64,000 nucleotides of DNA, from IMG/VR virus record IMGVR_UViG_3300028920_000004, positions 31,765 through 95,764 of that record. One strand, written 5' to 3'. The position numbers and the translations under genes are program-made. Shown here piece after piece: positions 48,926 through 58,869 of this stretch; the stretch's first letter is position 1, and each line of letters starts with the position of its first letter. This stretch comes from a virus. Under the pieces are notes generated by a model that ran no database searches, had not been told where the DNA came from, and saw only the letters and a list, made by a program, of their open reading frames with translations.

Positions 48926-50044
48926 TTATCCTCCTATTTCTTTAAGTAATTTTTTTCCTTTATTTGTAATAATACGAGAAGGCACTCTTTCTAAATAATT
49001 AAATTCTGCCAAAAATGGTTCATATTCTCTTAAATAATGAGACTGTCCTATACCAACTTTTTGAGAAAGGGCGTTAGCACCTATAGGTCTTTTTTGTTCA
49101 TTTAAAACTTTCAAGATTTTAATATCCAGATTAGTTAATCCATTCTTTATTATATGTCTATTTTGTAATACTCTTTTTAAATTTTGTTCTACTATATAAT
49201 CTTCTAATAAAGATATAGCGGTTCTTGGATTAAATTTAGCATTTTTGGATAGTTTTAATAAGGTTTCTTCTGATATATTTTCATTAGGATAGAGTTGTTG
49301 TTTATATTGTCGGATTATTTTAGCAATTTCTTCAGAAGAATATCTAACAAATTGGATATGATGTGGAATTCTATCAAGAGTATCTGGATTGTTTTTAATA
49401 AGAAGGTGTTTATTAATAGTAGCAGAAGCAAATATAAAAGGTTTTATTTTCTTACCATTAATTTTATACTGTTCAATTATAGGATTTAATATCTTAATAA
49501 CTTTCCAGTCCATAGTATCAAATTCATCTATAAACAATATTACAAATTTTTCTTTGGAGGTATTTATTTCATTAATAATATCTACCAAACTATCTTCATC
49601 TATCTGTTTACCTATCCTTGATATTAATTTTGCTCCGAGAGTTTTAGCAAATAATTCTACCCAAGTAGTTTTGCCATGGCCTTTAATAGCCGATAAAAGA
49701 AAATGACTTCTTATACCTCTTTTGGCTTTTTTCATAATAGTTTGGGCTTGTTCTTTGGCGAATTCTTGGCCTATAAATTGTTCCCAAGTTTGAGGTCTAA
49801 ATTCAAATTTCTTTATTTCTTTTCCTTTATATTCAATAATTCTATTAACATCTACACTATTATTTTTTATTTTAACATTTATAGGTTTATCTTCTTGTGG
49901 TATTGTTTTTATCTCTTTCCTATTCCAAGTAATTTCTTCACCATCAAAATTATCACCAGATGCTTCAAAAGTATAATCTATCAAACCTCCCCCTGCTCTA
50001 TATAGTATAAAAAATATTAAAAACAATGCTAAAATAATTCCCAT
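48926..50044 (-). CDS. RuvB-like AAA+ ATPase with N-terminal transmembrane segment
   Basis: FRPQTWEQFIGQE, GHGKTT, FIDE, NPRTA, winged-helix G.NAL...EPFL; N-terminus MGIILALFLIFFILY. Confidence 0.85.
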   Translation of the reverse strand: MGIILALFLIFFILYRAGGGLIDYTFEASGDNFDGEEITWNRKEIKTIPQEDKPINVKIKNNSVDVNRIIEYKGKEIKKFEFRPQTWEQFIGQEFAKEQAQTIMKKAKRGIRSHFLLSAIKGHGKTTWVELFAKTLGAKLISRIGKQIDEDSLVDIINEINTSKEKFVILFIDEFDTMDWKVIKILNPIIEQYKINGKKIKPFIFASATINKHLLIKNNPDTLDRIPHHIQFVRYSSEEIAKIIRQYKQQLYPNENISEETLLKLSKNAKFNPRTAISLLEDYIVEQNLKRVLQNRHIIKNGLTNLDIKILKVLNEQKRPIGANALSQKVGIGQSHYLREYEPFLAEFNYLERVPSRIITNKGKKLLKEIGG

Positions 50045-50059
50045 AGATAATCACTTCCT

Positions 50060-50293
50060 TTATATTATATCTAATATTATTAATTTTTCCTTATTATAAG
50101 GCTTCCCACAATGCGTACAAAACTTATAATCATTAGTTTTTGGTAAATATCCTTTACAATAAGGACAACCATAAATTATATGTTTTTTATTAGGATTAGC
50201 AGGGCAAATATTATCTTCTCCATATTTACAAGAGGTTTTATATTCGCCTTGATAACAATGTCTTAAATGCCGAGATATTTCTTTTTTAGTCAT
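50060..50293 (-). CDS. Small Cys-rich zinc-ribbon protein
   Basis: HCYQGE...CKYG..CP; CPYC...CTHCG. Confidence 0.6.
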   Translation of the reverse strand: MTKKEISRHLRHCYQGEYKTSCKYGEDNICPANPNKKHIIYGCPYCKGYLPKTNDYKFCTHCGKPYNKEKLIILDII

Positions 50294-50423
50294 ATGGTTC
50301 TTTCTGGAGACAAATCTCCAATTAATTTTATATTTCTTTTAAATAATTTTCTTAATTGATTTTTTATTTTCCATATTTGTTTAGGAGTTCTATTGTACCC
50401 TATATGAATATCAGATATACAAA

Positions 50424-51026
50424 TTATTTTTTTTCTTTTTCTCTTTTTTCTTTTTCCCATTTTTCTATATCTCCTTCTACTACTGTAAATAAAGGGTGAG
50501 GTTTTATATTTTCATATTTATTTCTAATGCTGACCATATTTTTCCACCACATTTCTTTGTCTCTTTTGTGTAATTTTTCAGTTAAATGATTAAACTCATA
50601 TTCTAATTGTCCTTTTGTTACTGTTAAAAATTTTGGACAAGAATATGTTTTATTTATTTTATTAAAATCAAATTTATATCCTCTCTTATCGGCTTCATGC
50701 CAGATAATATTAAGATAATAACCAATTGCTCTGATAGGGTCTTTGCTTTCTTTGAAGCGAGTTAATTGAGGGTGATTATAATAAGGAGTTTTTATTTTGC
50801 CTTTTCCTTTACATTTAGGACAAATTTTATTGATTTTAATATAATTTCCATAATTAAGAGTATAAAATATTTTACCATTCTTACATTTCCTACCTGTTTC
50901 ATCTATTCTATCGCAATTTGTATATTCTCCTTTTAACAATACAGATTGAGCTAATAAACCTTCAGACCAACAAGCTACTAAACCTTTTCTATCCAAATAG
51001 GAAGGAGATAATGACCATAAACGCAT
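50424..51026 (-). CDS. Pyrimidine-dimer DNA glycosylase / endonuclease V family, with zinc-finger insert
   Basis: MRLWSL.P.YLDRKGLVA.W.EGLLAQ, NHPQL.RF, EADKRGYKFD, VTKGQLEYE, PHPLF. Confidence 0.88.
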   Translation of the reverse strand: MRLWSLSPSYLDRKGLVACWSEGLLAQSVLLKGEYTNCDRIDETGRKCKNGKIFYTLNYGNYIKINKICPKCKGKGKIKTPYYNHPQLTRFKESKDPIRAIGYYLNIIWHEADKRGYKFDFNKINKTYSCPKFLTVTKGQLEYEFNHLTEKLHKRDKEMWWKNMVSIRNKYENIKPHPLFTVVEGDIEKWEKEKREKEKK

Positions 51027-51037
51027 AAATGCTCCTT

Positions 51038-51206
51038 ATGTTACATGTTTCCAAGTTTTTTTAGTTTTTATTCTATAAATAGTGCTGTGAGCAACATTAA
51101 ATATTTTAGATAATTGTAATCCATTTAGGGTGAAAAGTCGTGTTTTATTCTTTTTTAATATTCGTAAACAGTTTTTACAATCTACTAAATATTCCGATAC
51201 ATAATC
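51038..51206 (-). pseudogene. Relic of an HNH-endonuclease-associated C-terminal HTH
   Basis: Start-less frame ...LSKIFNVAHSTIYRIKTKKTWKHVT*. Confidence 0.45.
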
Positions 51207-51482
51207 TCATATTAACTTTCCTTTCGTGATATTAAATTTCCATAAATCTATTTTTAAATCTGCTTTATCTCCTTTATTAAGTTTAGGTATATTTTTAAAA
51301 TTTTTTTGTCTTTCGGATATTTCTAATATGCTTTTATCTTTTACTTCTTGAAATTCACGACTGCCACAATCACATACTAGATGTACAGTTCCTGATACAT
51401 GGGCTTGATAATATAATAATCCTAATGTATAAATTTCGCCACATTTGCTACATTTTATTTTTACCATAGGTTCATCATACAT
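51207..51482 (-). CDS. Zinc-ribbon hypothetical protein
   Basis: CSKC...CDCGS. Confidence 0.55.
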   Translation of the reverse strand: MYDEPMVKIKCSKCGEIYTLGLLYYQAHVSGTVHLVCDCGSREFQEVKDKSILEISERQKNFKNIPKLNKGDKADLKIDLWKFNITKGKLI

Positions 51483-51486
51483 AATA

Positions 51487-51693
51487 TTATTTCTCCCTAT
51501 GAGTAAGTTTATAATGTTTTTCTGCTTGTTTTAATTCATATTTTTGTTGTGTAGTTCCTTTCTCTTTAAATTTGTTATATTGATTAGGATTTTTTATAAC
51601 CCATAACCAAAAATAATAATTATGAGGAATACCTACAAACTTTTTTTTACTGCCTTTAGGTCTACCACGTCCACGTTTTTTCTTTTTGGGCAT
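51487..51693 (-). CDS. AT-hook-containing small basic protein
   Basis: KKRGRGRPKGSKKK. Confidence 0.65.
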   Translation of the reverse strand: MPKKKKRGRGRPKGSKKKFVGIPHNYYFWLWVIKNPNQYNKFKEKGTTQQKYELKQAEKHYKLTHREK

Positions 51694-51848
51694 TGTTACT
51701 CCTTTATTTTATTTATACTTTCTAAATAGGAAAGTTTCTGTTCATACCTTTGTTTTTTGGAAGGTGATATATTTTTCTTGAGGATATTTTTTACTTGTCT
51801 AATTTTTTTATCAATAGGAGTTTTCATAAGTTATCCTTTCCTATATTA

Positions 51849-51877
51849 AGTATACCATATTTTCTAAACTTTGTCAA
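51849..51877 (-). promoter_or_regulatory. sigma70-type promoter
   Basis: TTGACA-17 nt-TATACT with TG. Confidence 0.85.
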
Positions 51878-52277
51878 CTTTTTATCCTAACAAATTTCTT
51901 ACTTTTGTATTTTTAACCTATTTAAAATGTATTCACTTCTGATACTTTTTTTGGATTATCAATGTTTTCCCACATATCTATAAATACATTTTCTTTCTTA
52001 TATTTTCCACTATCTATTAAATAATCTCTATATGCTTTAGCTTCTTGAACAGTATCAAAAGTTTCAAGTGTTCGTGTTCCTGTATCTTCAAAACTTTCAA
52101 ATACTTCATACCATTTAGCCATTTTCTTTATCCTCTCTTTCTTTTTATTCTCCTTGTTCAACTTCTTTAATCGCTTCCAATACTGTATTTTGTTCTTCTT
52201 CTGTTCCACATCTATATAATGCTTGCAAATAATCTTGTAATACTGATATAACGAAATTTTTGTTCATAATTTCCTCC

Positions 52278-53051
52278 TTATCCTTTCTTAATTATTTCTT
52301 TTAATATATTATGAGTAGTTTTATCATATATATTTTCTTTTTGGGCATATCTTACCGCTATATCTAAAGACTTAAAATCTTTACATCCTATATTTAATAC
52401 ATATTTATCTTCATTTTTATATACTATAATAGGATATTGATATATCCCATATAAACATATTACTTTCCTAAATACAAATTTTCCATATTTACATCCTTTA
52501 CCAAAACTACACCTTTCACCAAAACTACACTCTACACCAAAACTACACCTTTCACCAAAACTACACCTTTCACCAAAACTACACTCTACACCAAAACTAC
52601 ACTCTACACCAAAACTACACCTTTCACCAAAACTACAATATTTACCAAAACTACACCTTTCACCAAAACTACAATATTTACCAAAACTACACCTTTCACC
52701 AAAACTACACTCTACACCAAAACTACACTCTACACCAAAACTACACCTTTCACCAAAACTACACTCTACACCAAAACTACACTCTACACCAAAACTACAA
52801 TATTTACCAAAACTACACCTTTTACCAAAACTACTCCACTCACCAAAACTACACTCTACACCAAAACTACAATATTTACCAAAACTACACCTTTCACCAA
52901 AACTACAATATTTACCAAAACTACACCTTTCACCAAAACTACACCTTTCAGGAAATACTTTTATATCAGTATAATCTCCAGTAGGACAATTTTTTATACC
53001 ATATTCGTCTCTTGGTATATTATCAAATTCTTTTTGAGTATATTTTTTCAT
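52278..53051 (-). CDS. Hexapeptide-repeat (beta-helix) protein; start likely M12 (53051)
   Basis: 25 xxCSFG repeats; AAGGAAG upstream of ATG 53051. Confidence 0.8.
   Translation of the reverse strand: MKKYTQKEFDNIPRDEYGIKNCPTGDYTDIKVFPERCSFGERCSFGKYCSFGERCSFGKYCSFGVECSFGEWSSFGKRCSFGKYCSFGVECSFGVECSFGERCSFGVECSFGVECSFGERCSFGKYCSFGERCSFGKYCSFGERCSFGVECSFGVECSFGERCSFGERCSFGVECSFGERCSFGKGCKYGKFVFRKVICLYGIYQYPIIVYKNEDKYVLNIGCKDFKSLDIAVRYAQKENIYDKTTHNILKEIIKKG
52500..52949. repeat. Tandem repeat, 25 x 18 bp (accaaaactaca + cctttc / ctctac / atattt)
   Basis: Read directly; encodes ERCSFG / VECSFG / KYCSFG. Confidence 0.95.
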
Positions 53052-55589
53052 AATTTCTTCCTTATCTAATTTAATTGAGGACAAAATTCTTTTGTTTTCA
53101 TTTTTTTTTTATTCCTTTTTTTAAAGTTATCTTCATCTCACCATTTGCTTTTGAGGTTAGCCAAAAAACCATATCATTAAAAGAATAAATACTATCCAAT
53201 TTAGAGTGCCATGTATTTTCCACAACCATTCATTTGTAGTCTTGTGAGGTCTAATTCCTCTTATTTGATGTTTCCATATTGCCATAATTAAATTTCCTTT
53301 CCCCATTTTTCTTCCATTTTAGATTTTTTATTTGTAGAATATATTGCCCAAGTAATAGAAAATATTGCCACGTTTACTATAAAAATTTCAAGCCCATATA
53401 TAATTATTAATTGTAGATTATTCATCTTTAGCCTTTCTATATTATTCCGTTTTCCTTAAATTCATCTGTTAAATTAAATTTTTTTGCAAGTCTTATAAAA
53501 TACTTTTGCCATTGTGATAATTCCATATAACTTATTGATTGTTTACTTTGTTTATGTTGCCAATCAATAGCAATTTGTCTTGCTTCTTCTTTTGTTTTAA
53601 CTGTATTAGGATTAAGCATTATATTTTCCTTTCTTTAACAAAAAGGTTCTCCAGATTTTAAATATCTATCTAATGCTTCTCTAAATTCTTCTCTTTCATC
53701 TTCTTTAGAAGTAAAATATATAATAAAATTATCTATTATATCTCTTATTTTATCATAATATTCTACTTCTTCAAGTTCCCATTGTCCATAATCTAAAATC
53801 CATTGTAATTTTGCTTCTTCATCTTCTTTATAGGTATTAAGAAATTCCCATATATTCTCATAATATTCTCCATTATCTTTTTGTCCTTCATAATCAATAC
53901 TGTGATATTCTGCTAACTGCACTACTACATCTGCTTTTGTTTTAAATACTGCTCCGTCAGAAAAATATCTTACATCAAATTGTAAATCTCTTATTCTATA
54001 TGCCATTATTTTCTTCTCCTATAATATTTCCATTTTCATCTTCTATTACTATTTTTACTATTTCAAAACTATCTTCTACATATTCTTTTGGTAATTCTAC
54101 ATTTTGTAAATATTCTTCGCTATCTTCATTATTAGGTATTTCATATTCCAAATTAACATTAACTATTCCTAACCTTCTTATTTTCATTTTTATTTCTCCT
54201 TAAATTGTTAAAGGTTCTCTTTTATCTAAATTAACTTTATGTTTAATTTGTGCTTTTACTTTCTTATTATGTTTCTTTATAGCTTCCTTTATATAATAGT
54301 CTATACTTCTTTGTGCTTTTTTTATCATATCGTCTGTATCTCCAAAAAATCCCCAACAACTATCTATATGTTCTCCTTCTTTATTTTCTGCTACAAATCC
54401 GTAAACTTGTCCACTTAAATAATCATCATAAGTATTTACTTCTCCTTCTAAAACTTTCATAGCCCTTTCTTTTATTCTCTTCGTGATATTCTTTACTCCA
54501 AAATTTCTTTGTATGTCTTCTTTAGTTAGATAAATAAACCCTACTTGTCCACTATCAAACCTTGCATGACCCTGCGGAAGACCACAACCATAAAAACTTC
54601 CTATTTTAAGTCTCAATCCGCTATGGTCGTAAAGATAAAGAGGAGCAATTATAATTGCACCTTCCTTATTTATAAGGTGTTCTCTCAATTCTTCCCAACC
54701 TTCAAACATATCAGACGTTAAATCTGTTTTATCTCCTAAATCATATCTACCATGAAAACATACCATATGCCCGAAATTATCCCATTCTCTAGGATTTTCA
54801 GGATTTTCGTCTAAATGGATTTTTATAACCTGTCCTTTGTATTCTTCTTCTTGTATAGTATACATATTATTTTATCCTTTCTAATTCCCTTTCATTATAT
54901 TCTAGTTGTAATTCGTTATCATTATAGTTTTTATATCCTTTAAACCCATTTTCCAATATTTGTCCTAAATACCACACATCATTAATATTTATGTTGTCTT
55001 TGATATTTACAATATCATCTTCTACTAAACTTAATATTATGCTTTGTCTTTTCAATTCATTCATTTCTTCCTCCTATTATAGTTATATATTGTTGATAAT
55101 CGGGATTATTTTCTTCTTCGACTTCCTTAATAAGAAGGTTTTGTATTTCGTTTTCTTCTTGTTCTCTTTCAAGCCAATTCATAATTTATCCTTATTTTAA
55201 ATTTGTTAATTTTTTTATTTTATATATGTTAAACAAATCCAAATCCATAACATAATTATACAAATGTAATTTACTTTTACCCATGAAGGAAAATTAAGTT
55301 CTATTTTAAAATCGTTTTCTATAAAATTAACCAAAGGAGGTATTGTTTTAATAAATAATATTCCACCAAAAATATAAAATATCCAATTCATTTTATTTTA
55401 TCCTTTCCATACATTTACATTTAATTCCCAATAAATTTTATATTCTCCATTATACAAATGTCCAGAAGTATATCCTTCTGCTATTTGTTTTGTTATTTCT
55501 TCTCTATCTAATTCTGTTAATTTATGATAATTATTTTCAAATTCAATTTTCTTTTTAGGCATTTTTTATTCCTTTCTATTTTCAAAATA

Positions 55590-55618
55590 AGTATATCATA
55601 TTATATTGTATTTGTCAA
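55590..55618 (-). promoter_or_regulatory. sigma70-type promoter
   Basis: TTGACA-17 nt-TATACT with TG. Confidence 0.85.
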
Positions 55619-57222
55619 GAGGAAATTTCTTACTATTTTATTCTTAATCATTTTTCTAATATATTTCCAAGTATTGTTTCTTTTTTTAATAGTTTATGTA
55701 TCATCTTTTATTCCTTTCTTATATATTATTTTATATTAATTTTTTCAATAAATTTAACACAAGAAAAATCTTTTTCTTCCACTTTCCATGCTTTTGATAA
55801 TAGAGTATTACAATTATCACATTTTTCTCCATATTTATTGAGTACATCTGTATATTCTTTTCCGCAATTTTCACAATACATTATTCTATATTTCATTTTT
55901 TATTTTCCTTTCTCTGTTATATATACTTTCATTTAGAGTATAATGCCTATCTTCTTTTAAATTCAAATATATAGTTATTATTGACTTGACATTATTTATT
56001 ACAAGAATAATATCAAAAATTTCATTATAAGCTAACCTAAAACAAGCCTTAATTATTATATTATTTTCTTCATAATACTCAAAAATATTTCCAACTCTTA
56101 ATTGCCTTTCCTTAATATATAGTAATAGACCTGTTTTATCTATATTCCTATATTTCAAATTGTCAAGAGTATGTTTAGTAAACTGCCATTGTTTATTATT
56201 AAGATTATCACAAAAAGCGGATAATCTTTCTTGGTTATTTATAGGAAAGTATATTTTTTTATGGTATCGTTTCATAATATTTTAACCCTCATAATCTGGA
56301 TAATCATATTCATATATCTGTTCAATTATCCCTTTCTCTTAATTTTGTCTATAAATATAATAAGTCTCTCCGTTTACTTCTTCCTCATCTTCGCTACTGT
56401 CATATCTATTGAGACAATTACCCCTTCCATTAATTCTTGCGTCTTCTTTCCATGCTTCCCTATCGAAATATTTTTCGACGTGTTCGGGTATCTCTAAACA
56501 TTCGTCAATATAACTTTCAAGCTGTTCATCTTCTTTTTCGTCGGCTTCATCATCAGTACAGACAAGATATTCCTGTCCTGCGTATTCGTAAAGGCAATCT
56601 CCATAATCACTTTCTTTTATATCTTCCTGTGCTTCATAAGGAGATATTTGTAAATGTTTTCCCAATGCGATAATTTTTTCATCTTCAATATCTTCCCAAG
56701 ATATATCGTTATCTTGGTTTATTTCTCTTTCTGCGTTTTCTATATTTTCAATAGCATTACATATATTGTTTATTTCTTCCTCTATATTGTCGGGCAAAGG
56801 TCTATATAGCCAAGATGTTCCGTATTTATACCCACAAATCGGACAAGCCTTGCCTAAAAATCCTTTTTCATGGTCTTTTGGATATACCCAAGAAGCCAAT
56901 ATACCTTTTTCGTCTCTATTTGCATGAGAATTTGGCAATTCTTCGGGATTTATTCTTATATCTTGCCATTTATCTTGATGAATACAACCTGCGTTCATAT
57001 CGTTTAAATGATATTTTTTCCAAAGGTCTATCAATGCGTTTTGAGGTTCATTTTTAGGTTCGATACTATCTAAACATTGCCCCATACTTCCTTTATATTC
57101 ACCGCTTGCAGAAAATACTAGTCCTTTTTCCTGCTGTTCAAGATTAACTTCTACAACTGCTAAATTACCTTTTTTGTCTTTAAATTTTACTATTCTTTTC
57201 ATTTTTAAAATCTCCTTTACTT

Positions 57223-57241
57223 CTTCCTATATATAGGAAGG
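57223..57241. promoter_or_regulatory. 18-bp perfect palindrome cttcctatatataggaag containing the repeated TATATATAGGAAGG motif
   Basis: Identical 14-mer also at 58101-58114 and 58722-58735. Confidence 0.6.
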
Positions 57242-58028
57242 TCTATTATAAAGAATTGTTATATAAATCATTTCCTCTTGCTATTGCTTCTTGTTCTCCT
57301 GTTAGTTCTATAATCCTGGTGCTTATATGTTCTTTACTTGCAAGATTATACTTTTTAATAACTTCAAGAGCATTTTTACCTTTAACTATTGTTTGAGTTC
57401 CGTCTTTAAATTTTAATCTAAAATATTTCATTAATTCCAACCTTTCTTTATACTTCCTTCTTTTCCATATTCTAAATGCCAACCTTTAGTTTTACTTCTA
57501 TATTTTCTTATAGTAACTTTTTTATCATCTTTTGCGTAAACTGTACCTTTAGAGGCAGATGTACCTCCTATAAAATTCGGAGCATTTATTATAACTTTTT
57601 CTCCTACATTTATATTTTCAACTTCTTTGCTTCCTAGTATATGCCTTTTTAAGTCAAGTCTTACTTTATCATTAAATTTTTCTTTGATTTTTATTGCGTG
57701 TTCCTCTATTATATAAGGAAGGCAAAAATTACCATGATAAGTTGCTTTACTTATATTATGGTCTTTATATTGTTTTAGGTTATTTTCTTTTATAAATTCC
57801 TGTAATTCTTTTTCTGTTTCTTTATCATAATAATTTACTCTAACAAGGTTTATACCTTCTTTCTTAATTTTTTGTGTTAAAATTTCATTTTCGTATATTC
57901 TGTTTATCTCTTCTTCTGATTTTTCTTTTAGAATGTTTTGCATATATTCACCTTGATATTTTTTTAAACTTAAAAGATATTGTCTTTTATTCATAATTTA
58001 TTTTCCTTTCTTTTGTATATTCAAGTAT

Positions 58029-58057
58029 ATTATACCATACTTTTTTAATTTTGTCAA
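58029..58057 (-). promoter_or_regulatory. sigma70-type promoter
   Basis: TTGACA-17 nt-TATAAT with TG. Confidence 0.88.
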
Positions 58058-58261
58058 GAGCATATTGAAAAAATTTTTAAAATTTTTTTCTTCTCTATAT
58101 TATATATAGGAAGGTACGACCATTTTTATATTCGTATATTGCAGTTTAAAAAGTGCTGACGTTTTTCATATTGCCATATTGCCGAAAATATACTCTTAAC
58201 ATACTTTTTAAACCACTTTTCAAAGAGCTTTTTAAAGGTTTTTTAAAACTTTTTCCGTCCA

Positions 58262-58290
58262 AGTATAACACAAAAATATAAATTTGTCAA
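58262..58290 (-). promoter_or_regulatory. sigma70-type promoter (leftward, outermost)
   Basis: TTGACA-17 nt-TATACT with TG. Confidence 0.8.
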
Positions 58291-58358
58291 GAGATAAAAT
58301 CTTGCTTTTTTATAGCTAACTTTTTAAAATTAAGAATTAAAAAGTTAGATGTTAAGAC

Positions 58359-58386
58359 TTGATTTTTTTTATATATATGGTATACT
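58359..58386 (+). promoter_or_regulatory. Rightward sigma70-type promoter
   Basis: TTGATT-16 nt-TATACT with TG; AGGAG then ATG at 58408. Confidence 0.65.
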
Positions 58387-58407
58387 TGTAGTGAATAGGA
58401 GAGTAAA

Positions 58408-58563
58408 ATGAGATATAAAAGACGCTGTAATTGGTGTGGCAAAAAGACAGAAGATTATATTTCTACCCCTTTAGGAGTATGTTGTGACAAATGTCATAGT
58501 AAAATAATTAATAAAGCAATAAAGAATAGAAAGGACACTAATGAAAAAGCGAAAACGTGGTAG
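58408..58563 (+). CDS. 51-aa zinc-finger protein
   Basis: MRYKRRCNWCGK...VCCDKCH...; AGGAG upstream. Confidence 0.65.
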   Translation: MRYKRRCNWCGKKTEDYISTPLGVCCDKCHSKIINKAIKNRKDTNEKAKTW

Positions 58564-58591
58564 ACCTAAAGGAAGTAAAAAGAAGGAGTAA
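58541..58591 (+). CDS. 16-aa AT-hook micropeptide
   Basis: MKKRKRGRPKGSKKKE*; AAAGGA upstream. Confidence 0.45.
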   Translation: MKKRKRGRPKGSKKKE

Positions 58592-58869
58592 AAAATCATG
58601 AATAACTTATTATTAAATATAATGATGATAATATATAGAATAATAGAATATACAGACGGAGAGAAAGGATTACATATAATAAGCTATCGAACCGCCGAAA
58701 AAGTGAAGCTATCTATACTCTTATATATAGGAAGGCAAGAGGACGTCCAAAGTCTAAAAGATAGAATTTTAAATGATATAAATGAAATAACCTCTTGTAA
58801 TAAAATAAGCAAAAGTCAAGCAAATTATAAAAAAGATACATTACTATAATATAGGAAGGAGCAAAAAAA

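Larger units (their letters stand above)
53437..57994 (-). other. Early-region cluster of small, mostly acidic hypothetical proteins (53437-53619, 53635-54006, 53996-54187, 54200-54865, 54867-55064, 55886-56275, 56339-57202, 57246-57431, 57431-57994)
   Basis: ORF track; strong SD sites; fed by consensus promoters. 54200-54865 has an NPRE.DN..YLYDHSG..DSGQVG..DSCWGF motif set I recall from phage/ICE proteins. Confidence 0.6.

Noticed and set aside
52500-52949. Possible CRISPR array
   Set aside because: Units are 18 bp with only 6 variable nt that recur, there are no unique spacers or cas genes, and the repeat is in frame within a protein
1847-57057. Many plus-strand ORFs in the track antisense to real genes (e.g. 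1847, 11997, 24204, 26042, 33315, 40153, 49389, 56437)
   Set aside because: Shadow ORFs rich in Phe/Ile/Ser, overlapping well-supported minus-strand genes, with no motifs or SD
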